Shown: positions 17,308-27,421, numbered from the stretch's first letter. The stretch: DNA of 42,294 nt from an uncultured Oligoflexus sp. (GCA_964236955.1 CAXSGP010000037.1:1-42294), one strand, 5' to 3'. Program-made: numbers and translations. The notes: a model not told the origin generated them from the sequence alone.

Positions 17308-18588
17308 TCATTCTGGGCCAAGTACCAGATGGGCAACTGTCTCAACATGGTAGGTATGGGGGAAGAAATCGATTCCAAAAATCTCCTTCACAACGTAGCC
17401 AGCTTCCAGTATGGCCTTGAGATCCCTGGCGAAGGTATTGGGATCGCAGCTAATCGAGAGTATGTGTCTGGGCCTTAATTTTAAGACCTCTGCCAACGAA
17501 TCGTCCATTCCCTGCCGCGGTGGGTCAGTGATGACGCAATCGAGCTGAGCGGGTAGATCCTGAAAAATTGCATGAAGCTCATGGACCGGTCCGGCGCGAT
17601 AAACGCCAGTGTTCAGTTGATTCGACTTTAGGTTAAACTGAGCCGTTTCAATAGCCTTGCCGGCGAGTTCCAGGCCCCATACCTTGATTTCGCCTCGGAT
17701 GAGCTGCAGCGAGAGATTGCCGCTTCCACAAAACAAATCCAGCACGGTCTCAGCGCCTATCGCTTCGATAGTCTTCGCGATCCAATCCCTTAAAAAAAGG
17801 TTAGCCCTGGGATTGACCTGTTGAAACTGTCCGGCTTGGGTTGCGTATTCAAGTCCAGCGTGCGTTTCAAAGCTGATACAACCCTCTACTTCAATCGCGT
17901 CGTCGGGGAATTTCTTACGAAGAGCTGCCAAAGCATCCCTGGGAAAATCCGGCGTAAAATGAATCAGACGCTTATCGTGGGCGACGGCCTGTATCTCAAG
18001 ATCGCCTTGCCAGGAATAGGCTTTGGGAAAGATAAAGGATTTCAGTTCCCCGAGAAATTCATTGATAGGGGCATCGGCGATGGGACAGTGATCGATAAAA
18101 ACGGGGCTATGGGAGCTCTTGGCAAAATAACCAAAATCAAACATCAGCTTCTGATTCAGACGAGCTTTGAGTTTGATGCGGTTGCGATAATTTCGGGATT
18201 TTTCCGAAGGTAGAACGACGATCGGGGCCGGTGGTTCAAAATGGGCATTTTTAATGAGTGCCGAGGTGATGAAAGCGGCTTTCCAGAGCAGTTGTTTCTC
18301 GTAGGGAACCTGTTGCCAGTCACAGCCTCCGCAGCGGCCAAAGACTGGACAAAAGGCTTGGATGCTGTCCGCGGCAGGCTCCAGCCTGCGCACCGGGCGG
18401 GCACGCGCAAAGCGTTTTTTGTCCTGGAGCAGTTCAACTTCAACAATTTCGCCCGGTACGGCCTGTTCAATAAAAATAACTTTGCCGTCGTGGCGGGCTA
18501 TGCCATCACCGCCAAAAGCGACATCACTTACGTTTATTACGAGCAACTTTTTTGCTGAAGCGGGACTTCGGGGCGGATGATTCGTCAT
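17308..18588 (-). CDS. rlmD: 23S rRNA (uracil-5)-methyltransferase RlmD/TrmA family with TRAM domain
   Basis: TRAM (GGDGIARH-GKVIFI), CPVFGRCGGCDWQ, FQQVN, LDLFCGSG, DPPRQG, SCDPNTFARD and DFFPHTYHVE motifs. The start is uncertain because it overlaps the upstream ORF by 65 nt. Confidence 0.9.
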   Translation of the reverse strand: MTNHPPRSPASAKKLLVINVSDVAFGGDGIARHDGKVIFIEQAVPGEIVEVELLQDKKRFARARPVRRLEPAADSIQAFCPVFGRCGGCDWQQVPYEKQLLWKAAFITSALIKNAHFEPPAPIVVLPSEKSRNYRNRIKLKARLNQKLMFDFGYFAKSSHSPVFIDHCPIADAPINEFLGELKSFIFPKAYSWQGDLEIQAVAHDKRLIHFTPDFPRDALAALRKKFPDDAIEVEGCISFETHAGLEYATQAGQFQQVNPRANLFLRDWIAKTIEAIGAETVLDLFCGSGNLSLQLIRGEIKVWGLELAGKAIETAQFNLKSNQLNTGVYRAGPVHELHAIFQDLPAQLDCVITDPPRQGMDDSLAEVLKLRPRHILSISCDPNTFARDLKAILEAGYVVKEIFGIDFFPHTYHVETVAHLVLGPE

Positions 18589-18853
18589 TATTCACCGGTA
18601 CAAATTCAATGGTAACCTGCAGTTTGCGATCTTTCAGCAACTGCGCCAGAGGCTCTTTGAGCACGGCTGCAGTGGCTTGGCCGATCTCACGGCAGATGCT
18701 TTGTACCAGCTCGTCTTTGCCTTTACCAGCAAGACCTGCGAGCGACAGGAGGACTTCCTTGGCACTCGATGAAGAGCCTTCGTCCCGCTCGTCTTTGACA
18801 AGCATTGTGGCGAGGAGTTTCATGACGCGATTTTGATAGCCGGAGTCAGACAT
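18524..18853 (-). CDS. Hypothetical protein (109 aa)
   Basis: ATG with GGAG RBS; helical core GKDELVQSICREIG; co-oriented between the PilZ gene and rlmD. Confidence 0.65.
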   Translation of the reverse strand: MSDSGYQNRVMKLLATMLVKDERDEGSSSSAKEVLLSLAGLAGKGKDELVQSICREIGQATAAVLKEPLAQLLKDRKLQVTIEFVPVNNDESSAPKSRFSKKVARNKRK

Positions 18854-18941
18854 GATTTTATCTCCGTAGTTTTTCCAACTCTAGCGGGGGATGTCAGGGT
18901 TGGCAATCGGCGCGTACCATGTCATTTTTTGCGATTGTCGA

Positions 18942-19691
18942 TTAAATTGCAAAGTCGAGTTCGTCCAATGATTTGCTCAGCTCCTGATATTCCGGAAAAG
19001 TACCCGAATGTATGATATCGGCTGCAAATCGAAGACGGGTTGGATTGGGGGCGTCATCGATATAGCGCAGGACTTCGCCGAGTTCGCTGATTCCAAATTC
19101 ACTGGTCGTTTCACGTCGTAAAACGCCGGTCTTGATACCATGGACCGCTGACCACTCGACGACCTGTTCATCGGCAACGAGTTGCCAGGCCGCAAGACCC
19201 TCTTCATCGTTGATCCAGATATGCAGATCGATATCTTCACCGTGGTACCAGGTCATGCCTTCATGATCCGCCATGAATGAGGCTTCCACTGGCGAGAGGG
19301 AATGGGCAAGCTGCACGGGGCGCACCAGATTTCTAAAAAATAAAAGCGTCGCTGTCGCCGGCTCAAAGAGTTCAAAGCCAACCAGTCGTCCACGCTTCCA
19401 TGCGACCTTCAGATCCAGTTCCTGAACCTTGCCGTGGTAGCGCATACGGGCCGAATAGATATCATCCAGCGCGAATCGATCATAGGCCCGTTCAGAGACT
19501 TCGCTGGCGAATCCTTTTACGGAAACATCACGAATCACTAGAATGTCTTGATCATTCATTACGGTAAGGTGCTTTTGATCGACTGCATAGCGTTCGTATA
19601 TGCGGCGATTCCTCTGCCTGGAAGGACGTGCCGGGGGGTCGGATTTGACTTCGCCGCTATAGATCTTTTTCTTTAGAAATATGCGAAACAA
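18942..19691 (-). CDS. PilZ-domain protein with an uncharacterised C-terminal domain
   Basis: NRRIYERY (RxxxR), RDVSVKG (DxSxxG) and KVAW...VGFEL motifs; start uncertain. Confidence 0.75.
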   Translation of the reverse strand: MFRIFLKKKIYSGEVKSDPPARPSRQRNRRIYERYAVDQKHLTVMNDQDILVIRDVSVKGFASEVSERAYDRFALDDIYSARMRYHGKVQELDLKVAWKRGRLVGFELFEPATATLLFFRNLVRPVQLAHSLSPVEASFMADHEGMTWYHGEDIDLHIWINDEEGLAAWQLVADEQVVEWSAVHGIKTGVLRRETTSEFGISELGEVLRYIDDAPNPTRLRFAADIIHSGTFPEYQELSKSLDELDFAI

Positions 19692-19815
19692 CGCTTTTAT
19701 CTCCGGACTGGATGATAGCTCACCCCATTATCGCACAGACCGGGGGGAACTCTCTATCCTTCTGCCCTTATCTTTCACGACAGGGGTTCCGATAGAGTTT
19801 AAGGGGGAGATTCAC

Positions 19816-20904
19816 ATGCTGTTTGGGACGATTGGCAAAATTTTGGCGGCGCTTTGGCTTCTCGGAGAGATTTCGCCTGTTTTTGCCAAAAAATCAAGCG
19901 AACTCATTTACACCGAGCCCTTTGATCTGGCGGCCGGCGGGACGACTCTTACGCGTTCGAGCCAAGAGGGAATTGTCTTTGGCAACCCCGCCCTCTTGCC
20001 ACTTGGAGCGGCAACCGTGCGGTGGTTAGGTCTTGAAACAGCTTTTATGATCGACAGGGATTTGGCGGAAGGTGGCACAGCCAGTTTAAATTCACCCGCC
20101 GATACCGCTCAGCCGGACTTTGTTGAAAGTTTATTTTCGCGCTCCGTTCATTTTGGTCAGGCCCTGAGTTTGAGCTTTCTCAATAAGAATTTTGCCTTGA
20201 CTGTCTTCGATCGCCTGGAAGTTGATGTTGAAGGAAGCCGTTATGACAACGGAGGTCTCCCGCAGGTCAATATAGGGGGCGAAGCCTATGCCGGTGGCAT
20301 GGCCAGCGTCGCAAGCCAGCCCTTGCGCTGGCTGACTTTGGGCATGACGGGAAAATATTTCTATATGGGCGAACCCGATCTGCAAATCCCGGTGACGGAT
20401 GTCGAACGGATCAAGACTTTGACCGAAGACCCCAATACCCTTAGAAATGCTCTGAGCTACGGCAGGGGCACCGGGGCCGATGTCAGTGCCTTGCTTCTTT
20501 GGCAAACGAGTTTTGTCGATCTCAGCCTTGGCCTCAAGGTTGAAGATATAGGGGGAACCCGCCTATCAAATGACCAGAAGACTTTGCCGCAAACAAATAA
20601 CGCCGGACTAGGTCTGGCGTTTCATGGGACGACCAGCGTTCTGCATCTCAGCGCCGATTATCGCGATATAAGCAATGCTTATGAAGAAAAAAAATTCAAA
20701 AAAATCTATCTCGGTGCCCGCCTCATGCTCTGGCAGATGGTTGGCTTTGCGGCTGGTCTCTATCAGGGAATTCCGACCTTTGGGGTGCGATTTGATGCCC
20801 TCTTCATCAAATTCGGGGCGACGGCCTATGGCCGCGAACTGGGCACCTATCCAGGGGATAAGCAGCGCAATATGGTGACCGTCTATACCAGCTTTGGTTT
20901 CTAA
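19816..20904 (+). CDS. TraF-like/porin-type outer-membrane beta-barrel
   Basis: ATG at 19816 after GGGGGAG; signal peptide; LAAGG...FGNPALL, AGLYQGIPTFG and YGRELG-YPG motifs; C-terminal Phe. Confidence 0.65.
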   Translation: MLFGTIGKILAALWLLGEISPVFAKKSSELIYTEPFDLAAGGTTLTRSSQEGIVFGNPALLPLGAATVRWLGLETAFMIDRDLAEGGTASLNSPADTAQPDFVESLFSRSVHFGQALSLSFLNKNFALTVFDRLEVDVEGSRYDNGGLPQVNIGGEAYAGGMASVASQPLRWLTLGMTGKYFYMGEPDLQIPVTDVERIKTLTEDPNTLRNALSYGRGTGADVSALLLWQTSFVDLSLGLKVEDIGGTRLSNDQKTLPQTNNAGLGLAFHGTTSVLHLSADYRDISNAYEEKKFKKIYLGARLMLWQMVGFAAGLYQGIPTFGVRFDALFIKFGATAYGRELGTYPGDKQRNMVTVYTSFGF

Positions 20905-20920
20905 TTCAGGGGAGGGGCTT

Positions 20921-21643
20921 ATGTATAATGTTTTCCTATCCATCCTTGTGCTGCTTTCTTTTGCAGTTTCGGCCTGCAACACCGAAAGCAAGGCAAGGCC
21001 TTACGCTGATCTCACCGCCTCGGAAAAAGCCCGGATTGCGCTCGATGCGAAAGACTTTGAGACGGCAATCAATCTCTATAAGGAGCTGATTGCCAGCGAT
21101 CCACTTGACTATGAAAGCTATCGATTTTTATCGACAGCTTATGCCGAACAGGGCGGATTCGATATTTTGAAAGCCGTGGCCGGAACCCTGGGCGGAGGGT
21201 CGGCAAACCTTTTGAAATCAATCGGCAGTTTTTTACCTGATGATCCCACCGATGCGCAAATCGAATCGATACGACTTTCAACCGAGATTCTTTTGAGCTT
21301 ACCGGTTGAACGGCGCAGCTACGACCATCCGGAAGTCCCTACGGCCAGCAGTGGTGCACAGCAGCTGGAGTTCTATCAAACCGCTTACTCCGTCATCTAT
21401 ATAAACAAGTTCACTCAGGTGAGCGGGGATGGGACTCTTGACCCCACTAAACTCGACACCATGACCGATGCCGACGTCGACAACATACTCAATAACTTTG
21501 AAGCGATTGCTGCTGCTTCGGGGGAGGGGCAGAGCGATATCGTGGCCAAGGGAGCGGAAGAATTTATAAGCCAGCTCGATGGCACGCCAGGCGATACAAG
21601 GCGGGAGAAACTCGTAAACTACCTAGCGACCCATTCTAAGTGA
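20921..21643 (+). CDS. TPR-containing lipoprotein
   Basis: Lipobox VSAC; TPR-like ARIALDAKDFETAINLY...LSTAYA; ATG after GGAGG. Confidence 0.7.
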   Translation: MYNVFLSILVLLSFAVSACNTESKARPYADLTASEKARIALDAKDFETAINLYKELIASDPLDYESYRFLSTAYAEQGGFDILKAVAGTLGGGSANLLKSIGSFLPDDPTDAQIESIRLSTEILLSLPVERRSYDHPEVPTASSGAQQLEFYQTAYSVIYINKFTQVSGDGTLDPTKLDTMTDADVDNILNNFEAIAAASGEGQSDIVAKGAEEFISQLDGTPGDTRREKLVNYLATHSK

Positions 21644-21789
21644 ATCTTTTCTTTTTAATTCTATGTTATAATTGAAAAAATAGTGCAAAAGTGGGAAAGA
21701 GCCTGGGTTTGCCTTTCTCGACTGTCGCTTTTATCTTAGAATTTCAGCAATTTGCCACTTGGCATAGTGACTTTTCAGTAGAGGGAACA

Positions 21790-23076
21790 ATGACGGAAGC
21801 GAAGATAAAAGATCCCATGGAAAGCCTGAGGAAGGGCGCCTTACTTTCAGTCTTTCTCACTATATTTCTTGACCTCGTCGGCTTTGGGATGCTGATCCCC
21901 ATCCTGCCGCTTATCGCTCGCGATTTTGGAGCCAATGATGCGCAGGCGGCAGCGCTCGCGAGTATCTATTCGATTGGCACACTCCTCGCTGTCGGCATAC
22001 TCGGTCGATGGTCCGATATATTCGGCCGTAAAAAAATACTGGTCGGCACGATTGTGGTCTCTCTGGTCGCACAGGTTCTCAGCGGCTTGGCACCCAGTTA
22101 TACGATGTTAGTCATGGCGCGTTTTATCGCCGGTCTTGCTTCGGGTAATATCGCGGTCGCTCAGGCCTGTATTGCCGATATCACCAGCCCGAAGGAACGG
22201 GGCAAGAGCATGGCCCTTATCGGTATTGCATTTGGAATGGGTTTTGCCCTCGGTCCAGCAATTGGCGCTCTCATCAGCCTCTATTCCGAAGGTCATTCGC
22301 TGCTCGCCGTTGCCTTGGTTGCAGGCGGTCTGAACCTTCTCAATCTCCTTCTCGTCGTCGGTCGCCTGCCCGAGACCCATTCGCGCTTTGCAAAAGGTCC
22401 GGTATTAGATTTAGTCCGTAAGATAAAGGGCGAAGTCGCTGACGGGCACCTTGGCACCTGGTGGCAGGATGCCAAGCGTCTGCTTCATGACAAAAGTTTT
22501 TGTGTGGTTCTTCTCCTGGCTTTCCTTCAGGTGTTTGGCTTTGTCGGCGTGGAATCGATACTGGCACTTGCCCTGAGCGACTCCTATCACCTGGCAAGTT
22601 CGAAGCAGCAGTATGTGGCCTTTATGTATATCGGTGTGATGCTGGTCTTTATCAATGGTGGGATCACTCGGCCTTTGATCGGGCGGCTTGGTGAATCGAA
22701 AATACTGACTCTCGGGCAGTTTCTTTTGGGATCGGCGATGATACTGCTGCCCTTGTTTGCGCCCAGTCAGCCGATGCTCTGGATCAGTCTCACGCTCGTG
22801 GCGGCAGGTTCGGCTTTTGCGAGCCCCGCACTTTCGAGCCTGGCCAGCCGTCTGGCTCCGGAAGGTTTGCAGGGCTTTGCTTTGGGCTTTTCCCAAACTT
22901 TGGCGTCCCTGGCCCGTATCGTCGGACCTATCACGTTTGGTGTGCTCTACCAAAGTCTCCAGGGAGCCCGTTCTCTTTATCTCACTTCGGGCGTGATGAT
23001 GGTAGGGCTTATCGTTGCAATATTGGGCCTGCGAGGGGTCAAAGGTCGTTTGGCCCGGCAAACCAATGCCGCTTAG
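21790..23076 (+). CDS. MFS transporter, DHA1/TetA-like
   Basis: DLVGFGMLIPILP, GRWSDIFGRKK (motif A), RFIAG, ADIT-PKERG and GFALGPAIG motifs; about 12 TM segments. Confidence 0.92.
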   Translation: MTEAKIKDPMESLRKGALLSVFLTIFLDLVGFGMLIPILPLIARDFGANDAQAAALASIYSIGTLLAVGILGRWSDIFGRKKILVGTIVVSLVAQVLSGLAPSYTMLVMARFIAGLASGNIAVAQACIADITSPKERGKSMALIGIAFGMGFALGPAIGALISLYSEGHSLLAVALVAGGLNLLNLLLVVGRLPETHSRFAKGPVLDLVRKIKGEVADGHLGTWWQDAKRLLHDKSFCVVLLLAFLQVFGFVGVESILALALSDSYHLASSKQQYVAFMYIGVMLVFINGGITRPLIGRLGESKILTLGQFLLGSAMILLPLFAPSQPMLWISLTLVAAGSAFASPALSSLASRLAPEGLQGFALGFSQTLASLARIVGPITFGVLYQSLQGARSLYLTSGVMMVGLIVAILGLRGVKGRLARQTNAA

Positions 23077-23336
23077 ATTTTAGCGTGGTGATCACAGTAC
23101 TTTGAACAGAGGTGAACGGTTTCGTTCCCCTCGACCTTGGGTGTCGCCCGCGCTGGAGCCGGTGGTGGCGTGCTGGCCTTGCCTTTTACGTAGCCCGAAA
23201 AGCGGGTGATTTTTTTCTCCAGTCGACATTCTTCCCGATAGCATTCCGGCCCCTTCTCAGGCGCCGGATCGCTCATCCTAGCTTCAATCACGTAGGTCTT
23301 TTCGCAGGCGATACAACGATATTCATATCTTGGCAA
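23073..23336 (-). CDS. FmdB-family zinc-ribbon protein
   Basis: MPRYEYRCIAC N-terminus; TTG start with AGGAGG RBS; Cys/His-rich C-terminus. Confidence 0.75.
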   Translation of the reverse strand: MPRYEYRCIACEKTYVIEARMSDPAPEKGPECYREECRLEKKITRFSGYVKGKASTPPPAPARATPKVEGNETVHLCSKYCDHHAKI

Positions 23337-23628
23337 GACAGTTTCCTCCTAAGGCAGACTTTATTTTATCATGTCCTTGAGAGAGTGGTATACGGCCGTA
23401 TTGCAGAGAATTTCCCCATAAACTTTTTGGACATTTGATCCAAAAAAAGGAATCTTTAGTCTGCAATTTAGCTGCTTTGCTCAGTGTTGAACGGGGCTTC
23501 TGATTGCCGTTGCGGGCTGAAAAGCCGTGACATCTTACAAAAACTCCTTCAATCATTGATATTATGCTGGCTTAGGGCTTATGATGGAATTGAAATTCGT
23601 GTGAAGTCTGTCGAATGGTGATAGCTCT

Positions 23629-24948
23629 ATGCTGCTCTTAGTTTTTTCGGTAATTGTGCTGCTGCTTGCATTAAACGCTCTATATGTAGGGGCTGAGTTT
23701 GCAGCGGTTAGTGTTAGAAAATCGGCTATCAAGCAACTTGCCGGCGAAGGGAACATCATCGCCAAGCGGGTTGTCCCTATATTGGAAGATGGCGTCCGCC
23801 TCGACCGCTACGTTGCTACATGTCAAATCGGGATTACTATCTCCAGTTTGGTATTAGGAGCGTTTGCCGAATACACCCTGGCTTCCCGTCTCGCGCCTCT
23901 GTTTGAGAACCTGCTAGGAATTAAGCAGGAAACCGCGATGTCGGCAGCGGTCGTTGTCATTCTGGTGATTTTGGCTGTTTTACAAATGGTCCTGGCGGAA
24001 CTGGCACCAAAAACAGTTGCTATGCTGTTTCCCACCCGAACCTTACTGCTGACTTATGTTCCCATTGCCTGGTCAACCTTTATGTTTCAAGGTTTGATCG
24101 TTCTATTTAATGGCTGCGCCACGCTGGTTTTAAAGGTCTTTGGTTTTCAAACCTCAACACACCGACACATTCACACCTCTGATGAGTTGGCCATACTGCT
24201 GGCCCAGGTCCATGAGGATGGCGTGCTTGAACCTGATGAGCATGCCCGTCTGCAAAGAGCCTTGAGTCTCGACGCCTGGTCGGCCGCTGAACTGATGGTG
24301 GCGAGGCGGTCGGTTGAGGCGATCGATCGCCATGCCTCGATACCCGACATCATTCACGCCGTTGCGAAGAGTCCCTACACACGTCTGCCTGTGTATGAGG
24401 GGAGCAGCGACAATGTGCTTATGATCCTGCATACCAACGATGTGGTGGCGGAGATTGCCACTCATGGCGAACTAAAATCCATCGAGCCCATGCTAAGACC
24501 GCTACTGGCCGTTCCGGAAATTATGAAAGCCGATAAACTATTAAACCTCATGCGCAGAAAACGAGTGCAGATGGTATCGATTATCGACGAGTACGGAACC
24601 TTTGCCGGTATCGTCACGGTCGAGGATATTTTGAGCGAAGTGTTTGGAGCTATCGGCGATGAATTTAAAGCCGGTCAACCGATACCGGAAGTTCTTCCCG
24701 ACGGCCGCGTGCGACTGCCGGGCATGATGCGTCCCGATGAAGCTCAGCATTGGATCGGAGCTTTGTGGGTCGGCGATTCCAATACCATAGCCGGACTGGT
24801 GACCGAAGCGCTGCGGATGCTGCCCTCGCCTGGCGATAGGGTTGTGATACAGAATTTGGAAGTTGAAGTCGAGGAGGTCGAGGAACGAGTGGTTCGCACC
24901 GTACTTGTCAAACCTTTATCGGTAGGAAAGAACGAGAGTCCGACATGA
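23629..24948 (+). CDS. Hemolysin-family CNNM/CBS/CorC_HlyC protein (paralog 1)
   Basis: NALYVGAEFA, QIGIT, ELAPK, YTRLPVY and DEYGTFAGIVTVEDI motifs. Confidence 0.92.
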   Translation: MLLLVFSVIVLLLALNALYVGAEFAAVSVRKSAIKQLAGEGNIIAKRVVPILEDGVRLDRYVATCQIGITISSLVLGAFAEYTLASRLAPLFENLLGIKQETAMSAAVVVILVILAVLQMVLAELAPKTVAMLFPTRTLLLTYVPIAWSTFMFQGLIVLFNGCATLVLKVFGFQTSTHRHIHTSDELAILLAQVHEDGVLEPDEHARLQRALSLDAWSAAELMVARRSVEAIDRHASIPDIIHAVAKSPYTRLPVYEGSSDNVLMILHTNDVVAEIATHGELKSIEPMLRPLLAVPEIMKADKLLNLMRRKRVQMVSIIDEYGTFAGIVTVEDILSEVFGAIGDEFKAGQPIPEVLPDGRVRLPGMMRPDEAQHWIGALWVGDSNTIAGLVTEALRMLPSPGDRVVIQNLEVEVEEVEERVVRTVLVKPLSVGKNESPT

Positions 24949-26309
24949 TCGATTTTTTACCTTTTATCGTCATCCTCCTCCTGGTCTTGATCAACGGTCT
25001 TTTCGTATCAGCCGAATTTGCCTTGATAGGCACGCCGAGGACGCAGATTGATCAAGCCGTCAACCAGGGCAATCCCGTGGCCAAAGTCATTCAAGCCATT
25101 ATGCGAAATCCAACCAAACAGGCCGAATATATCGCTACCGCCCAGTTGGGCATCACGCTGGCGAGTCTTGGTCTGGGTATGTATGGCGAGAGAAAATTAG
25201 CTGAATACTTGGTGATTTCTTTCCATGATCTGCTAGGCGAGGGTGCCGCCCATAGCCTGGCAAGTATCGTGGCCCTTGGTCTTTTGACCTTTCTGCATAT
25301 CGTATTTGGCGAGATGGTGCCGAAGAGCATGGCATTGCAAAAGCCTCAGGAGACATCGCTTTGGATCACGCCAATCGTCGTGATCATTCAAAAGGCAGTT
25401 TATCCTTTGATTCTGACCCTAAACAAGCTGGGCAATGGGTTTCTCCACTGGTTCGGGATCGATCAGGGCGAAGGCCACAAAGGGTCTTCGCATACTGCGG
25501 AAGAACTTGAATTTGTATTTAAAGAAAGCCAGGAAGGTGGGCAGTTACGCAAGAAAACCCGTGAAATCCTGCAGGATCTACTCTACTTCGGTCAGCTCAA
25601 TGCGAGTGCGGTCATGGTTCCCCGTATCAAGATTATAGGGATTCCCATCAAGGCCAGCCATGAGGATGTGAAAGCAATCATCTCAAAGTCGAAGCATACC
25701 CGCTATCCTCTCTATGACGGCAGTTTTGATAATATCGTTGGAACAGTGCACACCAAGGACTTTCTGCGAGCGCAACTCAAAGGCCAAAGCGGAAGTATAG
25801 CCGATCTCATTCGACCCGTGCCCTACGTTCCCGAAGCGGCGAGTCTTGAGCAGGTCCTTAAAATCATGCGTAAACACAACGCTCATATGGTGGTTGTGAT
25901 CGATGAGTTCGGCGGAACTGCTGGTATTCTATCCATTGAAGATCTATTTGAGGAAGTTGTCGGTGAGATCGGTGAGGGCGGCGGTGAGTCACCTGATATA
26001 CAAAAAGATAAAATCAGTGGGATTTTTAGGGTCACTGGCATGGTCAGGATAGAAGACCTTGGCGTGCGGCTCCGTCGCGATATGGAGCACGAAGATGTGG
26101 ACACCGTGAGTGGCCTGATTATGACTTTGCTTGGGCGATTGCCCAAGCTATCCGATGTCGTGACTTACAAAGGGTATCGATTCGAGGTGACCGAAATCGA
26201 TGGCCACGGTGTCGGCTACTGCGATGTATCACTTATCAGCACGGCGGAAGGGGATAAGGATAAAGACCGGGACAGGGACAAAGAAAAGCCTTCAACCAGC
26301 GTTAAATAA
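24945..26309 (+). CDS. Hemolysin-family CNNM/CBS/CorC_HlyC protein (paralog 2)
   Basis: NGLFVSAEFA, QLGITLASLGLG, GEMVPK, HTRYPLY and DEFGGTAGILSIEDLFEEVVGEI motifs; ATGA overlap with paralog 1. Confidence 0.92.
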   Translation: MIDFLPFIVILLLVLINGLFVSAEFALIGTPRTQIDQAVNQGNPVAKVIQAIMRNPTKQAEYIATAQLGITLASLGLGMYGERKLAEYLVISFHDLLGEGAAHSLASIVALGLLTFLHIVFGEMVPKSMALQKPQETSLWITPIVVIIQKAVYPLILTLNKLGNGFLHWFGIDQGEGHKGSSHTAEELEFVFKESQEGGQLRKKTREILQDLLYFGQLNASAVMVPRIKIIGIPIKASHEDVKAIISKSKHTRYPLYDGSFDNIVGTVHTKDFLRAQLKGQSGSIADLIRPVPYVPEAASLEQVLKIMRKHNAHMVVVIDEFGGTAGILSIEDLFEEVVGEIGEGGGESPDIQKDKISGIFRVTGMVRIEDLGVRLRRDMEHEDVDTVSGLIMTLLGRLPKLSDVVTYKGYRFEVTEIDGHGVGYCDVSLISTAEGDKDKDRDRDKEKPSTSVK

Positions 26310-26789
26310 AGCCAGTATTTCTTTATAAATCGTATTCATCTGACCATACTGAAGTGTCGGCGCGTTTTCCCGGTCGTCTTCGCAGCTACAATCCCCTTCA
26401 TTGGAAAAGAAGTAGGCTGGCGGCTTCGCATTCGGCAATTCCATCCAGACCGAGGGTCGGCTGCTTTTGCAAATCGACTCAGCACATTGACCCAACGGCG
26501 CTACGGTAATATTTTTGAGTTTGCTGCTCAGACTGCTTTTACTCGCGTCAGACATGGTGAGGCTTCGGTCTTCCTGAAGAGTGCCGCCTGAGCCCAGCGT
26601 GTATTTTTTGATGGTTTTTTTGCCGAGGATAAGATCATAACGGGTTCCCGAAACACCTAAACCGGTGGCTGACTTAAACTGGATCAAGTCGTTTTTGGTA
26701 AAATCGGTGATCGATCCCGAATTCTTGCTTTTTTTTCCGCAACCAATCCCTAGCGCCAAGCTAAGAAGTAAAAGCCCAAAATTTCTCAT
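26292..26789 (-). CDS. Hypothetical lipoprotein
   Basis: Lipobox LGIGC; GAGG RBS; four Cys in the mature part besides the lipidated Cys. Confidence 0.7.
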   Translation of the reverse strand: MRNFGLLLLSLALGIGCGKKSKNSGSITDFTKNDLIQFKSATGLGVSGTRYDLILGKKTIKKYTLGSGGTLQEDRSLTMSDASKSSLSSKLKNITVAPLGQCAESICKSSRPSVWMELPNAKPPAYFFSNEGDCSCEDDRENAPTLQYGQMNTIYKEILALFNAG

Positions 26790-26900
26790 GAAGATCCTCG
26801 CTATCGATTAGGAAAAAGGCACGATAGTCGATTATAATGGCATTAGCTTGCGGAGAAAAGTGTTCGATCGCTTCGATATGAGAAGAGCATCGGATCAAGC

Positions 26901-26934
26901 AGAAAGAAAAGGCTGCACCAGGCGGTGCAACCTT
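26901..26934 (-). terminator. Intrinsic terminator of the EF-hand gene
   Basis: Minus strand AAGGTTGCACC-gcct-GGTGCAGCCTT followed by TTCTTTCT. Confidence 0.75.
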
Positions 26935-26941
26935 CGAGAAA

Positions 26942-27202
26942 TCACTTGGCGTGGGCAGCTTTGCCGTGAGCCTTGAACTCGTCTTTGTCAACAAAGCTAT
27001 CTTTGTTTGCATCGAGTTCGTCAAATTTAGCACTAAGAGCTGCATCAGCTTTTACTTCGTCTTTTGATAGTTTGCCGTCTTTGTCAGTGTCAAGAGTTTC
27101 GATTGAAGGAGCAGCTGCGCCTTTTGCATGAGCAGCTGGCTTAGCCATAGCAACGCCTTGAGCCAAAAGAACTGTCAAAGAAGCGATTACAAATGCTTTC
27201 AT
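26942..27202 (-). CDS. Secreted EF-hand (Ca2+-binding) protein
   Basis: Signal peptide; two EF loops, DTDKDGKLSKDE and DANKDSFVDKDE. Confidence 0.88.
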   Translation of the reverse strand: MKAFVIASLTVLLAQGVAMAKPAAHAKGAAAPSIETLDTDKDGKLSKDEVKADAALSAKFDELDANKDSFVDKDEFKAHGKAAHAK

Positions 27203-27253
27203 AGTGTCTCCGTTTTTTTGAATTGTGCGAGCTGATTCTCAACTCGGCTGCCA

Positions 27254-27283
27254 GGTTAGACGTAGGAACTGCGAAAAAGGTTT
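27254..27283 (-). promoter_or_regulatory. ECF-sigma promoter for the EF-hand gene
   Basis: AAACCT-N15-CGTCTAACC (AAC-N17-CGT). Confidence 0.7.
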
Positions 27284-27367
27284 GGATTTTTTTTCGGACC
27301 GGCCTTAAATATTTAAAATCTATAATTTCAACAGGTTAAAAATTCTATTTGAGTTCAATATAGAAAT

Positions 27368-27397
27368 GAACCTGTATCCAATAAGCCGCGTCTAACC
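27368..27397 (+). promoter_or_regulatory. ECF-sigma promoter for the spy-sigma-anti-sigma operon
   Basis: GAACCT-N15-CGTCTAACC, with the same -10 and spacing as the divergent copy. Confidence 0.72.
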
Positions 27398-27421
27398 CTT
27401 TGAAGAGCGAGAGGAGTGCGT

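Noticed and set aside
21790..23076. Calling the MFS gene tetA (tetracycline resistance)
   Set aside because: Only family-level DHA1 motifs are present, there is no adjacent tetR, and the substrate cannot be inferred.
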